Source: an uncultured Vampirovibrionales bacterium
GTDB taxonomy: Bacteria; Cyanobacteriota; Vampirovibrionia; Vampirovibrionales; Vampirovibrionaceae
DNA: 64,000 nucleotides
Assembly: GCA_964387265.1 (NCBI GenBank)
Contig: CAYLWC010000006.1
Coordinates: 21,272 to 85,271 of the forward strand
Reading direction: 5' to 3'
Positions 54,165 to 63,241 of this stretch are shown here, piece by piece; the stretch's first letter is position 1; each line of letters begins with the position of its first letter. The position numbers and the translations under genes were made by a program. The notes under the pieces are model-generated. The model was not told the DNA's origin. It made no database searches and worked only from the letters and a program-made list of their open reading frames with translations.

Positions 54165-56474
54165 TTAGCGATGGGCAGCGGGTTCAAGAACCGGACCCGC
54201 CTGATCATCAGGTTCATCATCCCGGTAGGACCAGCCGGTTTTCAGGCCGAGAACAAACCAGCCCAGGGCCAGAACGCCAATGGCAAAAATGGTATCGCCA
54301 ATCACCCGGAGCCAGCGCAAAATATCCATAAGTTCCGTCTGGGTGAATTCAGCGGAACGGGCATACCACATTCCCTGTTCCACGCTGGCCCAGGTCTGCA
54401 TTAACCCTCGGGGTAAATCAGACAGCAAGACCATCAACGCCAGCCCAATGTTAATGGACCAGAATCCGATCGCCAGCCACCTGCTATTCCAGGCACGATG
54501 AACCGCCAGCCCTTTCAGGCAAAACAGCATCAAACCGATCCCCAGAATACCGTACACGCCAAACAGGGCGGTATGGGCATGGACGGCGGTGGTATTCAGC
54601 CCTTGCATATAAAACAGAGCAATGGGCGGGTTAATCAGGAAGCCAAACAGACCGGCCCCAACAAGGTTCCAGAAGCCCACGGCGATAAAGCAGAAAATGG
54701 GCCACTTATACGCCTTTACCCAGTGGGCTGCCCGGCTCAGGTTCAGGTTCTCATAGGCTTCAAAGCCAATCAATACCAGGGGAACTACCTCCAGGGCGCT
54801 AAATGTTGCCCCCAGGGCCAGGACCCCCACCGGCGTACCTGTAAAGTACAAGTGGTGGAATGTTCCGATAATCCCCCCAAACAGGAAGACAATCGTGGAG
54901 AACAACACTGCGGCGGTGGCGGTGGATGTTCTCAATAGTCCCATTCGGGTAAACAGGAAGGCAATCGTGACGGTGGCGAATACTTCAAAGAAGCCTTCCA
55001 CCCATAGGTGAACCACCCACCAGCGCCAGTATTCCGCCATCGCCAGGTTTGTGTGCTGGCCGTAGAAAAAGCCGGGCACGTAAAAAATGGGAATCGCCGC
55101 GGACGCCAGTACAAACAATCCCAGCAGATGCTTGGAATCCTCACCGTTTTTGAAAGCCGGACGAATGGCCCGCCATACCAACCCCAGCCAGAGGAACAGG
55201 CCCACCAGCAAGAATCCTTGCCAGAAGCGGCCCAGATCCAGGTATTCATAGCCCTGGGTTCCAAACCAGAAGCTCTGGGTCAGGTCGTCCATTCCCGGAA
55301 CAATCGACATCCACTCCCCGCCCAGAGAGCCAACCACAATAACCAGCAGACAGACAAACAGGAAATTAACGCCCAGTTTCTGATACGGCGGCTCATACCC
55401 GGAAATGGCCGGGGCAATAAACAGCCCGGTCGCAAGCCATGCCGTGGAGATCCAGAAAATGGCGAGCTGTGTGTGCCAGGTTCGGCTGACAGCATAGGGG
55501 AGCCACTGATCCAGCGGAATCCCGTAAAAGCCGGAACCCTCTACCCCGTAATGAGCCGTAACGGCTCCCAAACCGACCTGAGCGACCACCAGTGCCATGA
55601 CCACCCAAAAATATTTGAGTGTCGCTTTCATGGACGGGGTTGGGTTAATGGCCAGCAACGGATCCGTTTCTGAGATGGCAGTCTCATGATTGCCCTGACC
55701 CCGGCTATTGGAGGCATAATACCAGCACAATCCTCCCACGCCAGCGAGCAGCAAGACAAAGCTGATCACCGACCAGACCACGGTCGCGCCGGTGGGTTGG
55801 TTGTTGATTAATTGCTCAGGGGGCCAGTTTTGGGTATAAGTCACGTTTTCTCCCGGCCGGTTGGTTGAGGCTGCCCAGGAGGCCCAGAAGAAAAAGCTGT
55901 TCAGCTTGCGCCGGTTTTCCTCGCTCCGTACCTTATTAGCCGGGATGGCGTAGGCGTCCCGTAATTCCACGATCTCCGGATCGGGGTCATTGCCAAACAA
56001 AGACGCGTAATGTTCCCCCACTGCCACAATGGCTTGGGCTCTCAGGGGAGAAATCGTGAGTGTCTGGGTTTCAGGGTTGTATGTATTGGTTCGCATCAGC
56101 TGAACCAGGCGGGCTTTGAGCATGGCCAGCTGTTCGGGTGGCAGCTCGTTGTAGTCGCTGACGCCATAATCTTGCAAAGCCCAGGTGTTCAGGTAATACT
56201 CCGCCTCCCGGTGAATCCAGTCGGCGGTCCAGTCCGGGGCTACATAAGAGCCATGTCCCCAGATGCTACCCACCTGATGCCCACCCATGGCCTGCCAGAC
56301 GTTTTGTCCGTCCTGAATATCCTTTTGGGTAAAGAGGGTCTTACCGTCTTCAGTGACGATTTGCTTGAAGACGGGTGGGGCCTTTTGATAAATCTCCAGT
56401 CCGTAGTAGCCCAAGACGGTGAACGATGCCAACAGAACCACGGCCAGCGTAAACCAAAGCCTGAAATAGTGCAT
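54165..56474 (-). CDS. norZ: Quinol-dependent nitric-oxide reductase large subunit (qNOR, NorZ/NorB heme-copper oxidase family).
   Basis: About 770 aa with an N-terminal extension and a single TM before a periplasmic domain. 12-TM heme-copper oxidase core with conserved His ligands (HHLYF, WVVHLWVEG, HTALFGVYG). Confidence 0.8.
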   Translation of the reverse strand: MHYFRLWFTLAVVLLASFTVLGYYGLEIYQKAPPVFKQIVTEDGKTLFTQKDIQDGQNVWQAMGGHQVGSIWGHGSYVAPDWTADWIHREAEYYLNTWALQDYGVSDYNELPPEQLAMLKARLVQLMRTNTYNPETQTLTISPLRAQAIVAVGEHYASLFGNDPDPEIVELRDAYAIPANKVRSEENRRKLNSFFFWASWAASTNRPGENVTYTQNWPPEQLINNQPTGATVVWSVISFVLLLAGVGGLCWYYASNSRGQGNHETAISETDPLLAINPTPSMKATLKYFWVVMALVVAQVGLGAVTAHYGVEGSGFYGIPLDQWLPYAVSRTWHTQLAIFWISTAWLATGLFIAPAISGYEPPYQKLGVNFLFVCLLVIVVGSLGGEWMSIVPGMDDLTQSFWFGTQGYEYLDLGRFWQGFLLVGLFLWLGLVWRAIRPAFKNGEDSKHLLGLFVLASAAIPIFYVPGFFYGQHTNLAMAEYWRWWVVHLWVEGFFEVFATVTIAFLFTRMGLLRTSTATAAVLFSTIVFLFGGIIGTFHHLYFTGTPVGVLALGATFSALEVVPLVLIGFEAYENLNLSRAAHWVKAYKWPIFCFIAVGFWNLVGAGLFGFLINPPIALFYMQGLNTTAVHAHTALFGVYGILGIGLMLFCLKGLAVHRAWNSRWLAIGFWSINIGLALMVLLSDLPRGLMQTWASVEQGMWYARSAEFTQTELMDILRWLRVIGDTIFAIGVLALGWFVLGLKTGWSYRDDEPDDQAGPVLEPAAHR

Positions 56475-56723
56475 AAAAACTCCCCTAGGTGTAAGCTCTC
56501 ATTCCGTAATTTGTTTATCCTAATATAGCGCGAGTATAAATGCAATTCCGAAGGCGGATATTGCTTTGTTGAGAGAAAAAAGCGGGTAACGCCGAGCATT
56601 GATTTGGGAGTTGCCGCCATTTTCATACGATGGGGGCAAGGCAGGGGGGGAAGTGTGGACTTGTGTTGAGCGGTCGCTCCCATTACAATCATGGGGCAGT
56701 TCCAAGTTGAATGAGGAGTATGG

Positions 56724-57008
56724 ATGATGACAAGTAATGTACGGGCCAGCCACTTATTAGTAGCCACCGAAGAGGAAGCCAAGCAGTTGCGGCAGGAGAT
56801 TGAGGGTGGTGTGAGTTTTGCGGAAGTGGCCCAGCGGGTATCGAAGTGTCCTTCTGGAAGAAATGGTGGGGATTTAGGCTTTTTTGGCCGGGGCCAGATG
56901 GTGCCGGAGTTTGATCAAGCCGCCTTCACCCTGCCGGTGGGCCAGCTCTCTGAACCCATCCAAACCCAATTCGGCTGGCACCTCCTCGTGGTGACTGAAC
57001 AGAAGTAG
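56724..57008 (+). CDS. Parvulin-type peptidyl-prolyl cis-trans isomerase (PpiC).
   Basis: ASHLLV...GGDLGFF...GWHLL parvulin motifs. 94 aa. Confidence 0.8.
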   Translation: MMTSNVRASHLLVATEEEAKQLRQEIEGGVSFAEVAQRVSKCPSGRNGGDLGFFGRGQMVPEFDQAAFTLPVGQLSEPIQTQFGWHLLVVTEQK

Positions 57009-57129
57009 TTTTTACAGATCATTTCTCATTCCTTATATCAAGTTTTAACTACTATCGCTGTAGGTTTAATTTCTTGTTACAAAGTTCATGCAATAAAGTC
57101 CTTTAAATTAAATAGGAAAAATCTAGTCG

Positions 57130-57963
57130 ATGGAGAATCAACCACCAAATGTGAACTCGCTCACAGATAAGGAGCTTCAGATTAAGCTTGCTGAATATAA
57201 AATGTGGACTGAAACTTCAACGAAGCATATAGATCTTATTTTCAAATCTGTTGTTTTCGTTATTACAGCAAGTGGTGCTGTTGTTGTATTTAATTTAAAT
57301 AATAACTTTGAATTTCCTTTTTCTCTAAGCTTGTTATTTATTGCATTATTATGCGGTTTTATGTCTGTCATATTCGGTTATCCTGCATTTTATTTAATAA
57401 GCTCCTGCAAAAGGATGGAAGAATTAACTACTGAAATTAACGCAAAGCTGCGCCCCACTCTAGATTTACTTCAAAGGATACTCTCCATTTTTTCTGTGCT
57501 TTTCTTGCTACTTTCTATCATATTTTCCAGTTTATTCTTTCGACCATGCTTGTTTGGAATTCAAAACACAGTTAGTAACTATGAACACTCAACTAGCTTA
57601 GAAGATGATAGTCAAACAATTAAAGCACACCAAATAGAGTATCAAAACTATAGAGATAAAATTAATAGTTCAGAACACAAGCTAGCTTACTTAAATAAGA
57701 GACTTACTGAAATTGACACAGAATTAAACAACCTTCTCAATAAACCACAGAAATCACAGACAGAAATTAACCAGATTAAAAACTTAAAAAATGAATTATT
57801 AAAACACAAACAGGAACTAAAACAAGAAATTGCCCACATAAAGAAAATAAGACAAAGCATTCAAGTAAAAATTGATAAAGATAAAGTATTACGCGATAAA
57901 TACCAACAGCAAGCCTTGCACTATGCGAAATTAGAGCAACTACTACTTAATGAAATAAACTAG
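57130..57963 (+). CDS. Hypothetical membrane protein (three predicted TM helices plus a C-terminal ~110-aa coiled coil), encoded by a low-GC (~33%) horizontally acquired gene.
   Basis: Long clean ORF of 277 aa. The strong AT-rich composition contrasts with the ~55% GC of the flanks. TM segments are VVFVITASGAVVVF, LLFIALLCGFMSVIFGYPAFYLI and ILSIFSVLFLLLSIIFSSLFF. The K/E/Q/L-rich heptad-like tail is NELLKHKQELKQEIAHIKKIRQ. Confidence 0.6.
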   Translation: MENQPPNVNSLTDKELQIKLAEYKMWTETSTKHIDLIFKSVVFVITASGAVVVFNLNNNFEFPFSLSLLFIALLCGFMSVIFGYPAFYLISSCKRMEELTTEINAKLRPTLDLLQRILSIFSVLFLLLSIIFSSLFFRPCLFGIQNTVSNYEHSTSLEDDSQTIKAHQIEYQNYRDKINSSEHKLAYLNKRLTEIDTELNNLLNKPQKSQTEINQIKNLKNELLKHKQELKQEIAHIKKIRQSIQVKIDKDKVLRDKYQQQALHYAKLEQLLLNEIN

Positions 57964-57971
57964 TGTTTGCC

Positions 57972-58130
57972 CCACCTAACTTGGCCCTCGGATTGTTTGA
58001 GCACAGCGAGGGATAAAAAATGCCGAGCCGAAGCCTTGCAGGCTCGGCCACTTAAAAACCTGTCTGAGCTGCGCGCAGTTTCCGAGGGCCTAGCGGGGGT
58101 CCAGGGGGCGGCAATGAGCCCCCTGGGTAA
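57972..58130. repeat. Structured intergenic repeat element, copy B (paralog of 23866-24040). On the minus strand it forms the 3' UTR/terminator of gene 58148..58924.
   Basis: Same block order as copy A. The hairpin GCCGAGCC-GAAGCCTTGCA-GGCTCGGC has a loop identical to copy A and is followed on the minus strand by ATTTTTTAT. Outer helix GGCCCTCGGA/TCCGAGGGCC. 3' hairpin CCAGGGGGC-ggcaatga-GCCCCCTGG. Confidence 0.7.
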
Positions 58131-58147
58131 TTAACCCCAAAATATTA

Positions 58148-58924
58148 CTATAATTTATACAACGTCGCCTTCACGTTCAGGCGAATCCCGCCCGCCTCGG
58201 AGACCTCGTTAATTTGCGCCCCATGACGCAGGGGCAGCTTCATGACGAAAATATCATCCTCAGACACGCCCACAGCAGAGGCCTGACCGTATTGGTCTGG
58301 ACAACTCGTCACGGCATGAAGCACACTGGCCGCTCCGCCCGTATGCAGATCATCCACATACACATGCAGGGTTTGCCCATCGGGGTTCATGCGAGCGCTC
58401 ACATTGGCTGGGTGGGTTACGGGCGTTACGGTATAACGCATCTGGCACCCATCCGCGTTAATTTCTCCGCCACCGCTCAGGTATTGCAGGGTCCCCTTCC
58501 CCGGAAATTCCTTCTGACCTGGCCCGATGGAGAAATCAACCTGCGCGCGGGAGACGAAAACCAGGTGTCCGTTTCCGCCATCTGGGAATTGATGCCAGCT
58601 CTCACGATGTTGATCCAAGACGAGGCGATAGTTCCCATAAGCGGTGGGTGGAGCAAATGGGGTTTCGGCTGCGCGTTTTGCGGCGAAGCCTGGGGCGCAT
58701 TGTTGACGAATGGGCTCAAACTGTTGCATGAGTTGCTGAACCATGGGGTTGTCCCGCTCTTGTCCCATTTCCGCCTGCATCCGGCGAAACTCTTCACACA
58801 TCTCATCAATTTGCTGCTGGGACTGGGCCGAGGCCAGCGGCACTTGCAGGAGTAACCCCCACAAAAACAGCGCGAACATCCCACAAAGGGTCAAACTGAT
58901 ATATAGACGTTTCATCACCAACAC
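58148..58924 (-). CDS. Hypothetical secreted protein.
   Basis: Signal peptide (LYISLTLCGMFALFLWGLLLQVPLASA). 258 aa, no family recognised. Confidence 0.5.
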   Translation of the reverse strand: MLVMKRLYISLTLCGMFALFLWGLLLQVPLASAQSQQQIDEMCEEFRRMQAEMGQERDNPMVQQLMQQFEPIRQQCAPGFAAKRAAETPFAPPTAYGNYRLVLDQHRESWHQFPDGGNGHLVFVSRAQVDFSIGPGQKEFPGKGTLQYLSGGGEINADGCQMRYTVTPVTHPANVSARMNPDGQTLHVYVDDLHTGGAASVLHAVTSCPDQYGQASAVGVSEDDIFVMKLPLRHGAQINEVSEAGGIRLNVKATLYKL

Positions 58925-59112
58925 TCCTCACTCAACCGAAAGTCTATTATAACTGATCTATATAGAACTTTTTACCGGGGACAGGGTATTCAGATCGACG
59001 GTTCCGGTTTTCAGGGAAAATATCGTCGCCTCCGCTGCTTCGTCCCAACTCAAGTTGTCACTGGAACGGTCCATTATCCACCTCCCCGTGGGATCGATAG
59101 ATTTCTCCCAGT

Positions 59113-59568
59113 TTAATTCTCTCGGAGAAGGAGGGTCAGGGTTTGATCAAATGTATTGGCGAACTGGCGCTTTTCTTTATCCCCAAAGGGCTTGGGGCCA
59201 CCGGTGATCAGGCCCGTATCCCGCATGTCGGTCATAAAGTTCCGAAAAGACAGCCGCTCGCCAATGTTATTTTCGGTAAATAGGGTCCCGTGGGGGCTGA
59301 TGACGGAGATGCCCATGGGAACCAATTGTCCAGCCAGCGGAATATCCTGGGTAATTACCAGATCACCGGCTTCAGCGTGATCGATGATGTATTGATCCAC
59401 CACATCCGGCCCAGCACCGACCTGCACGAAAGACAGGTGAGGCCCCTGGGGCACAAAAAGGGGCTTGTTCGCCACAAACACCGTACTGAGCCGATGCTTT
59501 CCGGCAGCCCGGAGGATAATCTCCCGCACCGCGCCCGGACACGCGTCAGCATCCACCCAAATGCGCAT
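59113..59568 (-). CDS. YaiI/YqgV-family (UPF0178, DUF188) protein.
   Basis: The N-terminal MRIWVDADACPGAVREIILR matches the family signature (IWVDADACP). Confidence 0.75.
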   Translation of the reverse strand: MRIWVDADACPGAVREIILRAAGKHRLSTVFVANKPLFVPQGPHLSFVQVGAGPDVVDQYIIDHAEAGDLVITQDIPLAGQLVPMGISVISPHGTLFTENNIGERLSFRNFMTDMRDTGLITGGPKPFGDKEKRQFANTFDQTLTLLLREN

Positions 59569-59577
59569 AGCTATTTA

Positions 59578-59964
59578 TTAGCGGGCCTTTTTAGGGTAGC
59601 CGCTCCCTTTTTTGGCTTTGGCCGGAGCTTTGCCTTTGGGGCGAGCGGCACTTCGTTTCTTGGGGAAGCGGGCCGCCATCTCGGCGCCAAAACCATTGGA
59701 TTCTGACTCTTCGGATGTCCGCTTGTAGCCTCCGGTTCTTCCTGTTCTGGCGGTGGAGCGGGGTGCGGGTCTTCTGGATTGAGAAGGACGAGACTCTATG
59801 GCTCTGTCTTGAGCAGGACGACTTTGCGATGGGGCTTGGGCGGCCAGTGCCTGCTGGGTTGCCATTGTAGCCAGGGTTTTATTCAATTGCTGCAGTTCGG
59901 CGCGAATACCTTCCAGTGACTGAAGCAACTCGGTATTATTTTCCATGTCTGTGTTTCCAATCAT
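59578..59964 (-). CDS. Hypothetical basic protein: N-terminal coiled-coil segment, then an Arg/Lys/Pro/Ala-rich disordered tail.
   Basis: TELLQSLEGIRAELQQLNKTLATMATQQ followed by RRPAPRSTARTGRTGGYKR...KGKAPAKAKKGSGYPKKAR. Only a 9-bp gap separates it from YaiI. Confidence 0.4.
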   Translation of the reverse strand: MIGNTDMENNTELLQSLEGIRAELQQLNKTLATMATQQALAAQAPSQSRPAQDRAIESRPSQSRRPAPRSTARTGRTGGYKRTSEESESNGFGAEMAARFPKKRSAARPKGKAPAKAKKGSGYPKKAR

Positions 59965-60080
59965 GTTGAGGGGAGGGGAAGATATCTCTTGTAGCGTGAA
60001 AGCGGGGGACAGGCAAGAAATATTATTTCTTCAGCTTTTCCTGGCTTTTCTTTATAGAGCTCTTTTTAGCTATCGCTCTT

Positions 60081-60317
60081 TTAACTTTCCGGCTCGCTCT
60101 CAATCACGTATTGCGCATCCCCCTCCGTCCAGGAAATAGTCAGCCGGTTGGGCTGGCAGCAAACCTGGCAGTCTTCCACGTACTGCTGAATATCGCCCCC
60201 ACTGGGATCGACAAAGACTGAATTTTGCTCAAAGCAAAAGGCGCAGGTAAAGAGAGTATCCATCCATTGATTGAAGCACCCTTCCTGGAAAAGCTCAAAC
60301 GTTTCGTCGGTCAACAT
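60081..60317 (-). CDS. CPXCG-motif cysteine-rich small protein (putative zinc-binding).
   Basis: CAFCFEQ...CQVCCQPNRL matches the paired CxxC motifs of the CPXCG family. Start chosen at MLTDETF, while the ORF extends to 60428. Confidence 0.5.
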   Translation of the reverse strand: MLTDETFELFQEGCFNQWMDTLFTCAFCFEQNSVFVDPSGGDIQQYVEDCQVCCQPNRLTISWTEGDAQYVIESEPES

Positions 60318-60475
60318 CCTGCTGTAAACATCCCGATACGTTGCTTGAACCGGCCTAAACTTTGTAGTACAGATAACAATGAAGAGCGTATGAAGAGAGC
60401 GTATGAATACCCCCCCTTGCAAGCGCAAACGCGGGGTGCTGATAGAGGTTAATAAGAGGTCAAAAAGATCGCAAT

Positions 60476-63241
60476 ATGCTGAGCCATTTTTTCAAGCAAG
60501 TGGACATTCGTTTTTTGACGTTACTGGCGTTGCTGGTGATGCTGGTTCCGGCCTCCTGGGCGATCGATCACCCCAGAGAACTGGCAGGTGTCTGGAAGGG
60601 CTCAAACGGACTGGAATATGAAATCCAGGTCAATGGCCTGGAGGTGATTCTGCTGAAGCCGGTGGGTTACTCCACGGAGCGGCAACCCCACCGGGGGCGC
60701 TTTAACCAAACAGGATTTGAGCTGGAGTTTAAACCTCGGGAAGACCATCACCTGAACTTGGAACTCCCGTTTAAGGTGCGCCATACGTTGCTCAGCTCAC
60801 CTGAATACAAGCAGATGGACCGGCTTGATTTAAGCACTCCCGGCAAAATTATCTATGTGGACCGGATAAACTGGATCACTTGGGACGGGAAGGAAAATGT
60901 CACGGATATTAAATACAATTACAAGGAGGAGCGCATCACGCTGACTCGCCCCAACGACTACTATAAGATTGGGGAAATTACCATTGACGATTCCCGGCGT
61001 CGCCAGCGGATCGCCTCCGAAGTGGCGCAAATGCAGGCTCAGATTGATGAACTGCGGACGGTCCGCCAACCGGCCCTGGAGCAAGAATTAACGACTTCTG
61101 AACAGGAGATGAAAGCGGCGGAGGATGCCTTTCAGCAAGCCACAAACCGTTATGAGGATCTGAGCGGGCAGCTCAAGGCCACAAGCGAACAATTGCGTCA
61201 ACTGGCTGAGAGCAAGAAACCGGCTTACCAGCAGTTATTGGCGGATCGTGACCAGCTTTTGAAGGAAGTGGACGCGCTCCTTTCTGTTAAGAACGATTAC
61301 TTTAAAACGGGAAACATGCAGGGGGTCAATTCTATGGACCGCCAGCTACGGGGAAAATACAATGATCTGGAGCGCCTCAACCAGCGGCTGGTGCGAGAAT
61401 TTCCCGAGGATCAGCAAATCAAGGAGTTAACCAACAATATTGAGAACTTAAAAGCGGAGCGACAAGCGGCTTTTAACGAGTATTATCAAGGAATGCTGGC
61501 CTATGACCGGGCGGTCGAGGCCCATCTGCAGAAACAGAAAGAACTGGGTCGCCTGCAAGCCCAAATCAGCCGTCGGGAGCAAGAATTGGCTTACCGGCAA
61601 CGGCCGGTGGTGGTGAGTAAGATCCGGCTCATGGTTGGGGGAGAGGTGCCTTTTGAGGCGGAGGCTTCCCAGGAGCAGGGAACCCTGCAGCGCTTTGAGG
61701 AAGACATTGCCCAGGTGGATCAAAACCTGGTGCAGTTAAACCAGTCCCTCCATGGGCTGATGCAGCAGGAAGAGGCCATTGCCCAGCAACGGCAACAGGC
61801 TAAGGAGCGATTTTTAGAAGCGGCGCAAGAGCTTAAAGCGGCTGGAGATTCGGTCTATAATACCCAAATAGGCAGCATGATTGGCCGGGCGGCGGCTGAA
61901 ACCGCCGCTTATGGGGCGGATGTGTTTATGGCCTTTAAGGATGGGGGTCTGGTGGGCGTGACCGTTGAACTGGGCGGGAAGCTTCTGGAAGCCTATCTTC
62001 AAGAAGGTGAAACCTTTGAACTGTTTGATGAAACCGCTCTTCGGGAGCAGATGATGGGCCCCATGATCGCAAGCCATCCGTTGCATCAGGCTTATGTTGC
62101 CGCGCAAAATGAGCAAGGCGAGACCGCTCCGGCTCATTATCCCGTGATAGACGGAGAGACCCAGCCTCAAGACAGTAATATGGTGGATCAGGTCTCTGGT
62201 TTCGGGACAGAGTTTGCCATGAGCCAGAAAGACAAGCTGATCATCGTCACCCCGTTAAAAGAACTGGCCACACGGGGAGTCAACATTTACAAGTACCATG
62301 ACGCTATGGGCCAGATGGATGCAGCCAGAGAGATGCTTCAGAAAAATGCCCAGGTAAGCCGGGTGGACTTTCCGGATCATCAAGCCCTCAACCCCCTTGC
62401 CCAGGCTCAGGAAGATGCGTTTTCTCGCTATCTCCAGTCTCGAGAATTGGTGAACCAGGCAGAAGACCGCTTGGCCCGAACCACCAACCCCTTGTTAAGA
62501 AAGGAGGCTCAAGAGCAGCTTGCCCATGCGACCCGACTTCAACGAGCCGCCCAGAACAACTACAACCATTTGGTGCAAGAGCAAGCTCTCCAGGCGCAAA
62601 AAATCAGCCGGGCCCGCCGAGGGATTGCTGAGGCCACGGAGCATTTGGATACATTAAAAGAAGCTGGCCAAGGCAGTATCACCAAGAGCTTAAAGAACAT
62701 GGGTAGCGGGGTGGCCAAAGGGTTGGCCGTTGATCTGCTGAAGGCCGCCGCCCACAAATGGGCGGATCATGAGGAGCGGGAAGCCTGGATTCATTTCTTT
62801 GAGAAGGAAATCGCGATGCAGGCCAACCGGCAAATTTTCCAGAAAGCCTCCAACAACTTCTGGAATCACCAGGACGCCATCAAGAACCATCAGGAGTTGA
62901 TTCAGACGTTGTCCCAGATTCGGACCGCCCTGGAAAATGATCGCTCCCGCTATTTAGCGAGCAAAGGAGACGGTGGTTTTTACATCGTGAACAACCAGGG
63001 CTTTCAACCCAAAGAATCGACCGTCATGATCCTTTCGCTGATGGGGTATGTGGGGTCTGAGGAAGTTCGGCTGGCCGAGACCGTGAGTGGCCATCCGGTG
63101 CAGCTTCGTCTCCAGAGCGGTTTGGAAGAAAACGCCCGCAGCCTGGATCATACGGATCACGCGTACCGGTTCCAACCCAATGCCATTAAATCCATCCAGG
63201 TAAAAGACAATCTCTTGCCCTTACGAATTCAATTGCTCTGA
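60476..63241 (+). CDS. Large secreted/anchored coiled-coil protein (921 aa), hypothetical.
   Basis: N-terminal signal/TM (FLTLLALLVMLVPASWA). Extensive Q/E/R/L/A-rich coiled-coil segments (aa ~170-420 and 650-800) flank a central globular region. No family recognised. Confidence 0.55.
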   Translation: MLSHFFKQVDIRFLTLLALLVMLVPASWAIDHPRELAGVWKGSNGLEYEIQVNGLEVILLKPVGYSTERQPHRGRFNQTGFELEFKPREDHHLNLELPFKVRHTLLSSPEYKQMDRLDLSTPGKIIYVDRINWITWDGKENVTDIKYNYKEERITLTRPNDYYKIGEITIDDSRRRQRIASEVAQMQAQIDELRTVRQPALEQELTTSEQEMKAAEDAFQQATNRYEDLSGQLKATSEQLRQLAESKKPAYQQLLADRDQLLKEVDALLSVKNDYFKTGNMQGVNSMDRQLRGKYNDLERLNQRLVREFPEDQQIKELTNNIENLKAERQAAFNEYYQGMLAYDRAVEAHLQKQKELGRLQAQISRREQELAYRQRPVVVSKIRLMVGGEVPFEAEASQEQGTLQRFEEDIAQVDQNLVQLNQSLHGLMQQEEAIAQQRQQAKERFLEAAQELKAAGDSVYNTQIGSMIGRAAAETAAYGADVFMAFKDGGLVGVTVELGGKLLEAYLQEGETFELFDETALREQMMGPMIASHPLHQAYVAAQNEQGETAPAHYPVIDGETQPQDSNMVDQVSGFGTEFAMSQKDKLIIVTPLKELATRGVNIYKYHDAMGQMDAAREMLQKNAQVSRVDFPDHQALNPLAQAQEDAFSRYLQSRELVNQAEDRLARTTNPLLRKEAQEQLAHATRLQRAAQNNYNHLVQEQALQAQKISRARRGIAEATEHLDTLKEAGQGSITKSLKNMGSGVAKGLAVDLLKAAAHKWADHEEREAWIHFFEKEIAMQANRQIFQKASNNFWNHQDAIKNHQELIQTLSQIRTALENDRSRYLASKGDGGFYIVNNQGFQPKESTVMILSLMGYVGSEEVRLAETVSGHPVQLRLQSGLEENARSLDHTDHAYRFQPNAIKSIQVKDNLLPLRIQLL

